From: Narcine bancroftii
Lineage: Eukaryota
Assembly (NCBI RefSeq): GCF_036971445.1
Contig: NC_091473.1
Span: 205,778,001 to 205,842,000 of the forward strand
DNA length: 64,000 bases
Direction: 5' to 3'
A program made the position numbers and the translations under genes. Under the pieces are notes generated by a model. It was not told where the DNA came from. It searched no databases and saw only the letters and a program-made list of their open reading frames with translations. Positions 35,405 through 49,300 of the stretch are shown here, piece after piece (within the stretch, counting starts at the first letter, position 1; the number at the start of each line of letters is the position of its first letter).

Positions 35405-37559
35405 GATTCTGAAATCGGATGTGGGTGGAATAAAATCCGGAGACAGAGGACGCGAGAACGGGTAAGGAACTCCTTACGGTCGAGCAGCTGAAAATATTAG
35501 ATACAACGAGCTAGAGGAATAGAATGAAAGAAGGGGTGAGAGGGAGTGAAGGAGGATAAAAAAAAGAGGTAAGACTCGGGGTGTGTACAGGTCGAGAGAG
35601 AAACCTTGGTGGAAGAAGGGGAACGTGATGCAGAATGTCTTCTCAACGCCATCTGATTGGTTGACGAATGATAACATCAACCAATCCTGTGTGAAGGAAA
35701 CTTATTCATATCTACCCCAGGTTTTAGTCGCTCATAACATCTTCCAAACACTTGTATACTGGTAGCACAAGGAAAATTTCTTTTGATGTTAATCCACAAA
35801 CCATGATCTTCTTGAATGGTTTGGTAATTCTTTGGGCTGTTCTTACTGGTTAGTCTGTCTGACTGGTCAGCGACCTCAGCCCATTGCNNNNNNNNNNNNN
35901 NNNNNNNNNNNNNNNNNNNNNNNNNNNNNNNNNNNNNNNNNNNNNNNNNNNNNNNNNNNNNNNNNNNNNNNNNNNNNNNNNNNNNNNNNNNNNNNNNNNN
36001 NNNNNNNNNNNNNNNNNNNNNNNNNNNNNNNNNNNAAATCTGCATGAAGCTAATTTTCTTGAATTTTAAATATGGTCGGAAAACAGGAAGAACAATGAAC
36101 CGTAAATCTGTTTGAGAAATAGGTAACAGAAGAAATAGTTCGCAGGTGTCTGTTTTTGGCGAGTGGGGGTGTGGGAGAGGTGGAGAGGGTGGGGGGAGGT
36201 AGGAGACCGACCATGAAACTGCAAGGAAGGTCAGTAAACACAATAAGTGTATAAATGAGTAAGCAGAGGGAGAATGTGCAAGGAAGAGCGCAAATTTTGG
36301 GGAAATCGTCTGTCTTTAATTAGGTTAAAGCTGGAGATTAGTAGAGAAAGGGCAATGGGCTGAGGTCGCTGACCAGTCAGACAGACTCACCTGTAAGAAC
36401 GGCCCAAAGAATCACCACACCACTCAAGAAGTTCATGGTATGTGGATTAAGATCAAAAGAAAATTTCCTTGTGCTACTGCTGTACAAGTGGTGGAACGAG
36501 AAAGAGAGGGAGAGGTGAGATCAGGTGAAAAAGTGAGAGAGATGGAAGTCCAGAATGTCAGTCTCTCGGATGTCTGAGCATCCGTTATTGCTCTAGAAAT
36601 TTGTTTGTTCCAGGTCATGTGGCTAAATTAGTATTTTCAATCCCGTATTGCTGAAATTCGCGATCAACAACAGCCGTGACACATCTTAATGTTGACTTTG
36701 CGGTCGATCGCCTCACTGATCCTGTTATGTTCCTACACTTCAATCAAATGAGAATGCTATCAGATGTTTGCGGATATCTTGTTCCATCCAATCCGATCGT
36801 TGTCAGTTGTTGGCACAGCAGAGTAATGGGTTCATTGTTTGGCATTTGTATTGTTGCCTCGAGTTTGGCGGACTTTAATTATATTCACACACGAAGCATT
36901 ATATAGTGCCAATCTTTAGAATACTCAAGCTCCTCAGATAACTTTCCATTTTAATATTGGCACCTGTAAGCAGGCATTGGAAAATGGAAGTTATTACAAA
37001 TATTAAGGAAGAAGATGAAAATTTCTGCAATATTGCTTTTGTGAAAAGGGGCTGCCAGGACATGACCGGAGTATAGGCTGAAAGAGCATTGGCAGTCGGG
37101 TTTCTGAGAGTGCACACCTTCAGTTACACGTATTCGGGTTAAAGATACGAGGTAAGAAGGTACCGATGTACGATATTATGGTTATGTATGGAGTTACAGG
37201 CCTTGCTTAGGTTGAAAACCATAAATCTGCTGGCAATTTTCTTTACATTGGAGGTCCTGCGAAGGGAGTTTAATGAATGCCAAGGAGGTGGGCAGTTAAA
37301 TGCACAATTATAGTAATCAGCATTGATGCATATTCTAACATTGAGTTTAAATTAGATGTATTGTTCGTTGGCGAATAGTTCCTTGCAATTGCTTTTTAGA
37401 AGATAGCTGAAGAACTCAAAGTCTAATAAAATGATCTTGCTGCATAAATGATTTCAATACATGAAATAAAAACGTATTTCATCACATCGTCTGTTTGCTC
37501 TGCATTCTTTATCACTGAAGCCAACAATGAAAGTTTCAGAGAAAATATTACGTTGTATC

Positions 37560-38277
37560 CCCATAGGGTCAGAGCCAGCTCTTCAACGCTTGATGTCCTG
37601 TTTTGTGGAAACTGCTAAAATGTTTGGCCTGGAAGTCAGCCTGAAGAAAACTGAAGTCCTCTATTAGCCAGTTCCCCACCATGACTACCAGACTCCTCAC
37701 ATTTCCATCGGGCACACAAAACTCAAAACTGTCAACCAGTTTACCTATCTCGGCTGCACCATTTCATCGGATACAAGGATCGACAATGAGATAGACAATA
37801 GACTCGCCAAGGCAAATAGCGCCTTTGAAAGACTACACAAAAGCGTCTTGAAAAACAACCAACTGAAAAACCTTACAAAGACTAGCGTATACAGAGCCGT
37901 TGTTCCTGTTCGGCTCCAAATCAAGGGTCCTCTACTGGCATCACCTATCGCTCCTAGAACGCTTCCACCAGCGTTGTCTCCGATCCATCCTCAACATTCA
38001 TTTGAGTGACTTCATCCCTTACATCGAAGTAATCTAGATGGCAGAGGCCGACAGTATCGAATCCACACTGCTGAAGATCTAACTGCGCTGGGTAGGTCAC
38101 GTCTCCAGAATGGAGGACCATCGCCTTCCCAAGATCGTGTTATATGGCGAGCTCCCCACTGGCCACCGTGACAGAGGTGCACCAAAGAAGAGGTACAAGG
38201 ACTGCCTAAAGAAATCTCTTGGTGCCTGCCACATTGACCACCGCCAGTGGGCTGATATCACCTCAAACCGTGCATCA
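37560..38277 (+). mobile_element. RTE-clade LINE 3' fragment
   Basis: FGLEVSLKKT; MEDHRLPKIVLYGEL..RGAPKKRYKDCLK; homologous to 49010-49730. Confidence 0.85.
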
Positions 38278-40069
38278 TACTCAGACTGGTCGGCAACCTA
38301 TAACTATTTTTACTACATATCTTCACAAATCAATGCAATCTAAATCCAGACTTCTTCACAACCTACCAAACGATCCTTTACACCGAGACATGAAGGCCAA
38401 CGTTCTAAGGTGAATAACCTGATGATTAGTGATTCATTGATCCATTTACTTGATGAGAACATGGAAACGCTACGAATATACGACGTATCTGTTGAAAATA
38501 AATGAAAAAAAAGAACAAAACCCACAGTTGTTCCAACGAGGAACCGAAAAGGAAAAACACGGCCACTGGTATTTTCAATGTAGAAATAGAAGAGAGAGAG
38601 ATTCAGCCAATCAGGAAGGATCCATGGACAGAAATTATCATTAAACGTTTCACATCAGAACCCTTGACTAGATTATTGGCTCCAATGAATAATTTTCACT
38701 GCGTATTTCATTCCATTGATGATTCCTGTCCGTCTAGCGGTGTCATGTAAGTCCAGAGTACCCATAACCTCCCAATAGAAGGCGCCCTCTTTCTCCGAGA
38801 CGTAAGAGAGTGACAAGCAGTGTAGAATATCGACTTGGTTATTCACACAAGCGAGTATTGGAACGTTTTCCCACTCTATCACATTCCGTTTTCTTAGCTG
38901 TTTGGGGGATATAATCTACTTCGAGTCTCGGCCCAACTGGAACTGCATGAAATGGAAATTAATAAAAAAGCTTTGAATTGATTGGTGAAATCGAAGAAAA
39001 AAAAGGAGAAATTTAACTATGGGAGATAATGAGGAACAGATCCAAATTGCGGTTGGTGTGGTTGGAGAGGGTGAGAGCATTGTGCTGAGCGGATGTCATT
39101 CTGCCAATCACGGAGAGACCAGACTTCACAGCTCTATTTGTACCTCCGATTACAAACTATTTCTGAATCATGTAGATTCAGATCAAATTAATCCTCGGCG
39201 CCTAGGAACTATGATGTATTCTCTTTCAACTTATTGGCTTCTTACATAATTTGGTCTCTACATCGGTAGATTGACTGCGTTTCAGGCCATTTAATCAGAG
39301 ATGGTAAAAAGGTAACAGGTAATCTCATCGCCTAAACAAAGCTTGAACAATTGTTTGCTGCTCCGTATATGCGTCACAAACCAAATGGATGACTGAAGAT
39401 GATTATCCAATTTTATGCTACTGATAACATAATTTTATCATCTTACATGTACAATTTATTGTCATGTAATAAAACAAAAATGAAATGTTATTATCTAATT
39501 GGATTTAATCTGTCATTAGGTGGAAAAAAGATGGAGCATTATCATTGCCCGGAGCCGCTGTCAGTGAGAGAAAGAAATGCAAACGAAAGTCCCCCCAGAG
39601 TCACCGAGTGTTGGTGGATTCGCCCCTATCGCACTCGGAGCCTCTGAAGCAGCACAAGCATCAAGTTCAGAGGCAATTAGAGCCTAGAGCTAAACTTCCG
39701 AATCTATAAGGAGGCCTTTGTCAGCCTATGGGGAGCCGTCGAACTAGGACTGGCCAATAGGACACCAGGCGGGAGCGCTGTGTCTTCTTTCCCCGCGGGT
39801 GTGCAGAGGCAGCGATGGCATTACAGCAGCTTCGCTAGTGCCGTCATTATTTCTAAATCTGCACCCACAGTCAGTTGACCAACCAATTCAAGATCAGAGG
39901 TGTGCCTTTGAAAAATGATATAGAACTCTCGCTTTGTATCCCTTCTTTTCTCATCCAAGGGTATTCACTGGTTCCGAGCCCTTGACAATTGGAAGAATTT
40001 TCCCTTTAAATTTAAGCCATTGCTGAATTGGTAAAATACGCCTCAAAATTTTGAAAATCCATTATACCC

Positions 40070-40763
40070 TGTCCTGGGTAAATTTGTACCTCGCATTTCG
40101 TTCGTTTTAGATTGGTCAATGTTTGAGCTACTGAAAGAAAATAGACACACACTCCGAGAGCACTTCATTTTATACAAATCTTCATTACAAATTCTAAATC
40201 TGATATCAAACTAAAATATTCAAGCCCTTGCCAATTATACCTATCAACACCTGGACTGGTCCCAACTGTCGAAGCGAGTCAATGACCGTAGCAGGTTGTC
40301 GGGGCGCCTGCTTCTCCACCTCCCCTGGCTGGACTCTAGAAGTTCTTCTTCTTGCTGAGAGATGTTGCCACCTCTCGGAGCGTCTCAAACTTCAGCAGCG
40401 GGACCATGGCTTATATTACCCCAAAACTGCACACACAAGCACCTATTCCCAGCACAGAAAGAAAGACAAGCAGGCAAGCAAGCATGCCTAGGCTTCTATC
40501 GAATAACATGATTTTCAGCTTACCGCTTTGGATACAATGGTTTATTGTGCATTAGTGTTAGGCCTCCGACAGTCTGTGACCAAAACAAGCAGGAAGATTA
40601 AATGTTCTTGGGACACAGATATCCTTTCGTCAGATAACTGCATCTCTGGCCCCTCGGTGGAATTTAGCTTATGTCTGCTGATTCTTAACAACAAGCAGGT
40701 TCTCAGCCTTGCAGAAGCAAAGGATGTAAAAGTAAAAACACATGGTCTAAATCTTCGATTACA
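40070..40763 (-). mobile_element. Solo LTR of the same ERV family
   Basis: Minus strand reads TGTAATCGAAGATTTAGACC...ACCCAGGACA; flanks TACCC/TAGCC; absent from the paralog at ~61.36 kb. Confidence 0.8.
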
Positions 40764-41475
40764 TAGCCTGCTTGCCCTGTTTCAGAAGTTATTAGCCTTT
40801 CAAAGTAACATCCCGATTTCACATATTTTAACTTATTATTCCTGATTTTTATTAACTTGTCTTGATAACACAACATCTGTGGAAGGTACAAGATCTATAG
40901 CCAGGCTTGCAGTCCAAGAGACCTCAAACACAGATGACGAGTGGTTGGGTGCAATGGTATCGGAAGCACCTGAATATGAATCAACACCACATACTGATTA
41001 GGTGAATGGAGGACACGGGAAACAAACTTTTCAGGTCGCAGTTTTAGACATTTTCGATTTACATTTAGCATCGTATTTCAACAGGCGTTGGCAAATCCTT
41101 CTCATTGTCCATGCTGTTATACTTTGTGTGTTCATTTCATTTGGTAGAAAAAAGCAGTATCCCTTTGATAGGAGGAGAATTATTTATCTAAATTGTCTAA
41201 ATTCTGGAGCGTATTTCTGCAGTTTCTGTTCATGCTATTCCGTCTCTCACTGCCTCCAGAAATGACCAAGTCTTCACCTACCTCTGCTTCGGGAAAGATG
41301 CCAACATCTGTAAAGACCCATTCCAAACCGGTCACACTCTCCCCCCACCCCGCGTTTGACAGAATATTGAAAACAGGAATACACCATTCAGCTTTTTTGG
41401 TTAGATGTTTGAATGGACGTCTTATCAGGTCAGCGTCGGTGACTTGCTATGTTTCAACTCAGTTATCTCCATAGC

Positions 41476-42129
41476 TGTAATGGAGGATTTAGACCAGCTT
41501 ATGCAAGAAGGGATGCAGTTGCATCAGAAGACATAATCTAAACTCCACCATGGGGCACAGTGATGCAGTTGAATAGGAAGACATAATCTAATTTACACCA
41601 TGACGCCCAGGATGCATATGAATTAGTAGACACATCTAAATTCCACCGTGAGATCCAGGGATGCAGTTTTATTTTGTTGGTCGCAGACTGTCAGGAGACC
41701 TTGAAGATAATTAAATAATTTCTTCAAAGAGATAGGCTATGAGTAAACAATTTATTGGGTAATATAAGCCATGGTCCCACTGCTGAAATGTTGACTCTCT
41801 GAGTTGTGGAAACGTCTCTCAGCAAGAAGAACGTCTAGAGTTCTGTTTACATCATGGACGGGGAAGGTGGAGAAGCTGCTACCCGCGCCCTGACAACCTA
41901 CAAGTGTGCGGTCATAGCCTTGCTTCGGTAGTTGGGACCATTCCAGGCATTGATAAGTATAATTGGGAAGGGCTTGCATATTGTAGTTTGAAATCAGCTT
42001 TTGAATTTGTAATAAACATTTGTATAAACTGAACATCTCCCAGTGTGGGTGTCTATTTTCTTTCAGTAGCTCGAACACTGTGACCAATCTAAAACGAACA
42101 AAGTGAGAGGTACAAGTTTACCCAGGACA
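41476..42129 (+). mobile_element. Solo LTR of the same ERV family
   Basis: TGTAATGGAGGATTT...ACCCAGGACA; R/U5 similar to 9000-9367; empty site at ~62033. Confidence 0.85.
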
Positions 42130-43829
42130 ACAGACTGCATCTTCTATTTGTAATACAGCCATCTTTTCAGTTTGAAGAAAGTGTGACACTTGTCCACAGC
42201 ACTTCTGTTTTGTTGTTGCATCATATGTTCTACATATTGTCTGTTAATTTGCCTGTATTTCAGAAAAGACAATATTATTTACTACGTATCAACAGAAATG
42301 GCAACGAAAAACTCAAAGTTTTAATTTATGTTATCTGCCATTTGAGAGCCAGGAGGATAATATAAATAAAAATGCACCAGCAATCATCCTTGAAGAACCT
42401 TTTGAATATGTGGCATTCTGATTTGAAATGAGTCTGGCCTAATAATATAAGGATCAGTTTAATTGCAATAGATGCTTCAGAAACTTCCATCGATTTAAAG
42501 GTTTCTGGATCAACACATTAACCAGCACTGAAAATCAAATATGCTGGAAAAAGGTATTTAATTTAATTTGGCTTACTACTCCGTGCTATATTATGTGCTA
42601 TCTTCTCGAATGCACAGCGCTTAAATCCGAACAGTAAAGAATCCAAGTATCAAGTGAATAAACACACCTTTAAAAGATCAATAGCGTGATTCATTGGGAA
42701 GCTTATATTATTCACGTGATCCTAGCATTATATCATTAACATTATATGAGACACGATCAAGTCCGGTGAAAATAAACTGGCCATATTTGAGTTAACCACC
42801 ATGTTCACCAAGCATAAGAAGTGAAATATTAAATGTAATGAGGCCAGTTCGGGCGAATATAATGGCAACGTCATTTGTAAAACCATTAACAAAATCTAGA
42901 ATAAACCGGAGAATACAGGCTGAAAGGATGACAAGCAGGTGTAAAACTATGAACGGAGCTGCTGCTTTTGATGGGAAAACTTTCATCGAAAGAGTGAAAA
43001 ATGCCTTTGCAGTGGAACATGATATATGGACTATCCACTTCAAAAGCGCCAGTGTGAGATGAAGAATGACCGGGCCAACTATTAGAAGGTCTATTTAATA
43101 ATAAATGGCGGATTAACTTAAATAATGCGAAACGTGCAAAATACACAGGGACTAAAGGATGAGCCCTCGGCATGCTATTCCATATGGTAATACTGGTCAC
43201 ATCTGCTATAATGTCGACCACAGGGTCTTATTGGGGCAAGAGAGCATCAAGTGAGAGGCCCGAGTGCATTTGGGGATGAGTATGACAAAAGTGCAACTTC
43301 AGATAAATTGTGCGAAGCGACTCTTAGCATCTTTGCTACTTAGACCCACATGCATCTTGGTGACATTAGTTAACTTTTGCATATTATTCCTGGCCTTATT
43401 ACACCTATTGTAGGGATAAGTGAACAACTTGATGCAAAAGAGATCATGAATCGAAAACATATATTTTCAGATTTATGTGTTGGTGAATGATATGCCATTC
43501 CCGTACAGTACACAAACTTATGCGCCAACAGAACACCATTTCCCCGTTATTTGAGCCAATGATTAGGCTTTTATATTATTCCAGTTATTCAAGTAAAGCA
43601 CACAATATATTTCCTCAGCGCGATTCAAATTTCACATATCCGTGTGCTGAAATAGTGGAGTTCAGTTGATGAGAAATGAGCCCTTGTCATCTCGAAGTTT
43701 TAGCACAATATTGAAAGGTGGGAGTGAATGAAAGGCTGCTAGTTGAACGGCACGTCGCATGACGGGGCTTCGGTAAAGTAAAGAAAAATAAAGAAAGGGA
43801 AAGTAAAATAAAGATAAAGAAGTAAGAAA

Positions 43830-46040
43830 AGAAATAAAGAAGAATTGTCGGGAATCTGTAGTCTACTCCACAGACTTCAAATTTTCAAGACTTATCTCGG
43901 CCTCGAGGGGACGTGAACGCAGTTCTCGATGGCGATCGGTGATGGGGGGTGGTTGGGCGGGCATGGGGTGAGCACAGCTAAAGAATGACACCCATAGTTT
44001 GTAAATATGGCTGTCATATTTTTAAAAAGTACATCCCAGATTATTTCTTAGGTTATAGAAAATCTTCTCAAGGGAAGGACAACTGTACATCTCCACATTC
44101 CAATGAGTTATACCTCCATGGGCATCAAACATCGTAGTTACCACTATATATTTCCTGGTCACTGGCAATGCATCTTGACAAATTCTATTTGATATTTTAA
44201 CAGCCTCATTTTAGGTCTTACTTTCACAATATTCCCAATAAAATAGTTCTGGGTTTTGTGAAATTTGAACCCAAATATGTTTCTCATGGAAACTCCATAG
44301 ACCCACCCAGAATGGTCTCACCTTGGGGCAGGACCAGGGTGAATGTAAAAGGGTTCCTGCACCCGTCTGAATATTACATTTATTGTGTTTGTCATACTGA
44401 CCATCATAAATCGTACCATTTTTATTCACCAATTCTTATATTTAAGTCTAGACTTATGTAACCTCCCCCCCCCCCCACCCCCCCGGTAAAGGAGTTCCTG
44501 TTTGAAGTATGAGATACATTGATGAGATGATTTTCTTAGTGTTTTCCTTTTGGATCAGAATACTCTCATCACTGCACCTTGGTAGAATAATTGTTGGGCC
44601 GAATTTGTCCCTTAAATAAGCTCTGAACTGAAAATAGCAGAAGATTGTATCATTAAGAATACCGTACTTAGTTTTTAGTTGGTCAAATGACATGAGTTAC
44701 CCCTGCTCATAACAGTCCTCGATATACCTGATCCATTTCCTGAACCGTTTTTAAAATGTTATTATTCGTTGTTTAAGGTATGAACATATTCAGATTCAGG
44801 GTTGTTTTGGAGATAGTGTAACATCATTCCTGCACAGACCCAATCTGATAATTTATTGTGTACCAAATATTTTTTTTTATATGGAGACTCGAGTCACCTT
44901 ACATTTCTAAAGAAAAAATCTGACATATTTATTTAAATACTGAAAAAAATCTGAGGCAACGGTATGGGCAGCGTCTGAAAGTCTATATATTTTTACACAA
45001 TTGACTCTGTAGCTAATAGTATTGGTTGAACCATCTACCGATTCAAATCCTCTTCAAACTTTTTAAGCAACGGAGATAATTTAATGTGCATACATTCTGT
45101 AAATTGTCTCTTCTGATCCTTACATATTTTGTTCATTTAGCAGCCATTTAAATTGAGTTTCTCTTTGTCAACACTAAATGGCATAATTTTGCATTTATCC
45201 CAATTTATTTTATAACCTGGGTCGTTCCGCATAGTCTTCCAGTTCTGAGTATAATTTTTGAAGTGAAGTTGCTGATTCTGTCAAATATTTCAGTACATCC
45301 TATGCAAATAAATTCTTCCGATATATTAGAACAGTGGTTCTCAACATTTTTCTTTTCACTCACATACGACCTTAAGCAATCCCTTATTAATCATAGAGCA
45401 GCTATGGCATTGGGAATACTTAAAGTGGTATGTGAGTGGAAACAAAAAGGTCGACGCCATTGTATTAGAATATAATTTATGCAATTTCTGCGGGGTAAGA
45501 TATTGCTGATACAAAAAAAATACTTTCCAGCTATCTATATCTTTCATTAATTGTATTAGTCATGCAGTCCTGTCATAAATCGGACTAGTTCGTATCACCA
45601 ATATTTATATTCAAACCTGATTCTTATCTCTGCTTTGATTTATATAACTTCCCCTTTGGAATGTCCTACTGAAGAAAGGAATACATTGCAGATGTAAACT
45701 TACCGGGGTTCCACTTTCGGATCAGCATTTCCATTTCATTGCACTTTGGTAACATCATGACCGATTCTAATTAAACTCTAAAAACTCTTAATTGAAAGTA
45801 GCAGAAGATTGTATTTTTAAGAATATTATATTTATTTTTTAACTGTTCAAACGACATTAATTGCCCTTGTTTATAGCAATGTTCCTCATACCTGATGTCT
45901 TTATGAACCATGTATGTAGAATGTTATTATGCATTGTTAAATTAATGTATCTAATTTGCATAAGTTATTCAATTTATTCTAAATATTCAAAATAAGCTTT
46001 GTTAAAGGTGTTCTTTTCCACCAGAAATAGATTTAATATC
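43830..46040 (-). mobile_element. Degenerate L1-clade LINE ORF2 fragments (probably continuing at ~49980-50440)
   Basis: MSFDQLKTKYGI..FCYFQFRAYL; GTLLHSPWSCPKVRPFW (C-terminal CCHC region). Confidence 0.75.
45332..45462. mobile_element. hAT (Charlie-like) MITE
   Basis: Starts CAGTGGTTCTCAAC, is internally palindromic and has a perfect 8-bp TSD TATTAGAA (45324-45331 and 45463-45470). Confidence 0.85.
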
Positions 46041-46399
46041 CCATTTATATGTGACCCGCTGCCGCCCTGTGTGGCCCGAGGTCCTGCCTGAGTCTGCCTG
46101 AGGTAACGGCTGCATCGCGGGGAGAGACAGCCAGCCGAGACCGGCCTGCCCGCACCGATGCCCGAGCACCGAACACAGGCCGCCGTCGCCAGGAAAACCC
46201 CAGCAGCCCGCACAGCCCGACCGTTGGCAGCCGAGCTCCGGGCCTGGAGCGGTCAATGAGAACTGTTTAGTGTATTTCAGAGTTAAATACACACCTCAAA
46301 AACCAATAGTCTAAACACTAACAACTGTGAACTCCATTGCAGAGTTCTCTCCAGTCTTAAATGTTTTTTTTTCTACTAGAACTTTTCTTTCTGATCCTC

Positions 46400-49300
46400 A
46401 AACAATGCTGCATCCCCTTTACTCGGCCGCGGCAGGAGTAAACGCACGCAGGCCGATTCCAGGGCGCAGCACTCCATAACTGTGGACAGCGGTCGTAGAT
46501 CTCCAAAAATGGTTCGACCAAAATGGGGAGAGAGGCCTCTTCAGCACGGTTAAGCAACCTGCATAGGAGAAGGTCACTCCAATATAAAACCTATGGCACA
46601 ACGACCTCGCTGCCATGTCCCAGCTTGCTTGGCCATAGCAAGGGGTGTAAAGAGTGGGGCCAGTACTGTGCACACTGCACTCCACCTAAAAGCTCCTTTG
46701 CGCAGGCCCGAGGACAGGTCCAGATCCTCCTCCTCACAAGATGCACACAAATTCAAGCTCGCATGCTGGAACATTAGAACCATGCTAGACAAGGCTGACA
46801 GCCACCGACCTGAACGTCGGTCTGGCCTCATCGCAAATGAACTCCTCAGACTCGACATCGACATAGCCGCTCTCAGCAAAGTCCGCCTTGCAGATGTAGG
46901 CAGCCTCCAAGAACACGGGGAGGGCTACACACTCTACTGGTCTGGAAAGCCTCAGGCTGAACGACACCTATCTGTTGTTGGCTTCATGGTCAAGAACTCC
47001 ATTGCCTCCAAACTTGAAAACCTGCCGACAGGCCACTCTGACCGGATCATATCCATCCGACTTCCCCTTCAAAACAAGCGACGCATCACTCTCATCAGTG
47101 TTTATGCTGCAACCCTTCAGGTGGAACCAGCAGAAAAGGACAAGTTCTACACTGATCAGTGCAACCCCATCCAACACACCCTTACAGCCGAAAAGGTTTT
47201 CATCCTTGGTGACTTCAATGCTCCAATCGGCAAGGACTCAGAAACCTGGCCAGGAATCCTTGGGAAGCATGGTGTCGGCTAGTGCAATGACAACGGCCGC
47301 CTCCTTTTTGAACTCTGCGCAGAACAGCGGCTTGCCATTACTAACACCCTTTTCCAGCAGAGAGACAGCCTGATGACTACCTGGATGCATCCCCAATCCA
47401 AACACTGGCACCTCCTGGACTACGTTCTGGTGTGAGGAAGAGACGAATGAGATGTGCTGCACACCAGGGTCATGCCCAATGCAGAATGCCACACTGACCA
47501 CCGGCTTGTTCGCTGCAAGCTCAACCTTCACTTCAAGCCAAAGTTCAAGAAGAGTGGAGCCCCCAGAAAGAGGTTCAATGTTGGAAACTTGCAGTCAGAC
47601 GTAGTGAGAGGAAACTTCCAGGCAATCCTTCAAGCAAAAGCTCGAGGATGAAAACTGCCTCACGGACCCGTCTCCTGAAACCCTCTGGGATCAGCTGAAT
47701 ACGGCCATACTGCAATTCACTGAAGAGGTACTGGGCGTCTATTCCTGAAAAAAAAACAAGGACTGGTTTGACGAAAACAACCAGGAAATCCAGGAGCTGC
47801 TAGCAAAGAAGCGATCTGCCCACCAGGCTCACCTTGCAAAGCCTTCCTGGCCAGAGAATAAACGAGCCTTCCATCTCGCATGCAGCCACCTTCAGCGCAA
47901 ACTCCAGGAGATCCAAAATGTGTGGTGGACTAGCCTCGGCAAACAAACCCAGCTTAGCGCTGACATTGGCGACTTCAGCTGTTTTTATGAGACACTGAAA
48001 GCGGTGTACGGCCCCTCACCACAAGTCCAAAGCCCTGTGCGCAGCTCAGATGGCGAGGACCTCCTCAGGGACAAGATCTCCATCCTCAATCGATGGTCAG
48101 AACACTTCCAATCCCTTTTCAGTGCCAACCGCTCAGTCCAAGAATCCGCCCTGCTTCAGCTCCCTCAACAACCCTTGAGGCTAGAGCTGGATTGGGTCCT
48201 TACCTGGGAAGAGACATATAAGGCAATTGAACAACTGAAAAGGGGAAAAGCAGCAGGTATTGATGGAATCCACCCAGCCCCCCGAGGTCTGGAAGGCTGG
48301 CGGAAAACCTCTGCATATCAAACTGCATGAGATTTTCATGCTCTGCTGGGACCCAGGAAAGCTGTCATGATGCCGTCATCATCACCCTGTACAAAAACAA
48401 AGTCGAGAAATTAGACTGCTCAAACTACAGGGGAATCACGCTGCTCTCCATTACAGGCAAAATCTTCACTAGGATTCTCCTTAATAGACTAATACCTAGT
48501 GTCGCCTAAAATGTCCTCCCAGAATCACAGTGTGGCTTTCGCGCAAACAGAAGAACTACTGACATGGTCTTTGCCCTCAGACAGCTCCAGGAAAAGTGCA
48601 GAGAACAAAACAAAGGCTCTGCATCACCTTTGTTGACCTCACCAAAGTCTTTGACTCCGTGAGCAGGAAAGGGCTTTGGCAAATACTAGAGCACCTCGGA
48701 TGCACCTCCAAGTTCCTCAACATGGTTATCCAACTGCACGAAAACCAACAAGGTCGGGTCAGATACAGCAATGAGCTCTTCGAACCCTTCTGCATTCACA
48801 ACGGTGTGAAGCAAGGCTGCATCTTTGCACCAAACTTCTTCAGCACGACGCAGAAACAAGCCATGGAAGACCTCAACAATGAAGACGTGTTTACATCCGG
48901 TACCACACGGATGGCAGTCTCTTCAATCTGAGGTGCCTGCAAGCTTACACCAAGACATAAGAGCAACTTGTCCGTGAACTACGCTTTGCAAATGATGTCA
49001 CTTTAGTTGCCCATTCAGAGCCAGTTCTCCAGCGCATGACGTCCTGTTTTGATGAATCTGCCAAAATGTTTGGCCTGGAAGTCAGCCTGAAGAAAACTGA
49101 TGTCCTCCATCAGACAGCTCCCCACCATGACCACCAGCCCCCGCCCCCCCACATCTCCATCGTCACACAGAATTCAAAACGGTCAACCAGTTTACCTACC
49201 TCGGCTGCACCATTTAATCTGATGCAAGGATCGACAAAGAGATAGACAACAGACATGCCAAGGCATGCGAAGGCAAATAGTTCCTTTTGAAGACTACACA

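Larger units (their letters stand above)
14900..35890 (+). repeat. Tandem segmental duplication, period ~9.3-9.7 kb (related partial copy at ~3.3-8.6 kb)
   Basis: Paralog offsets: 19055/28684, 21371/31051, 24275/33874, 14986/24275. LINE fragments are shared between units. Confidence 0.85.

Noticed and set aside
3000-36000. NAR-TCR or IgH-like (TAILV) cassettes with D/J segments
   Set aside because: No FGxG/WGxG J motif with an upstream RSS, no RSS-flanked D and no IgNAR-type V were recognised; the V segments have leaders.
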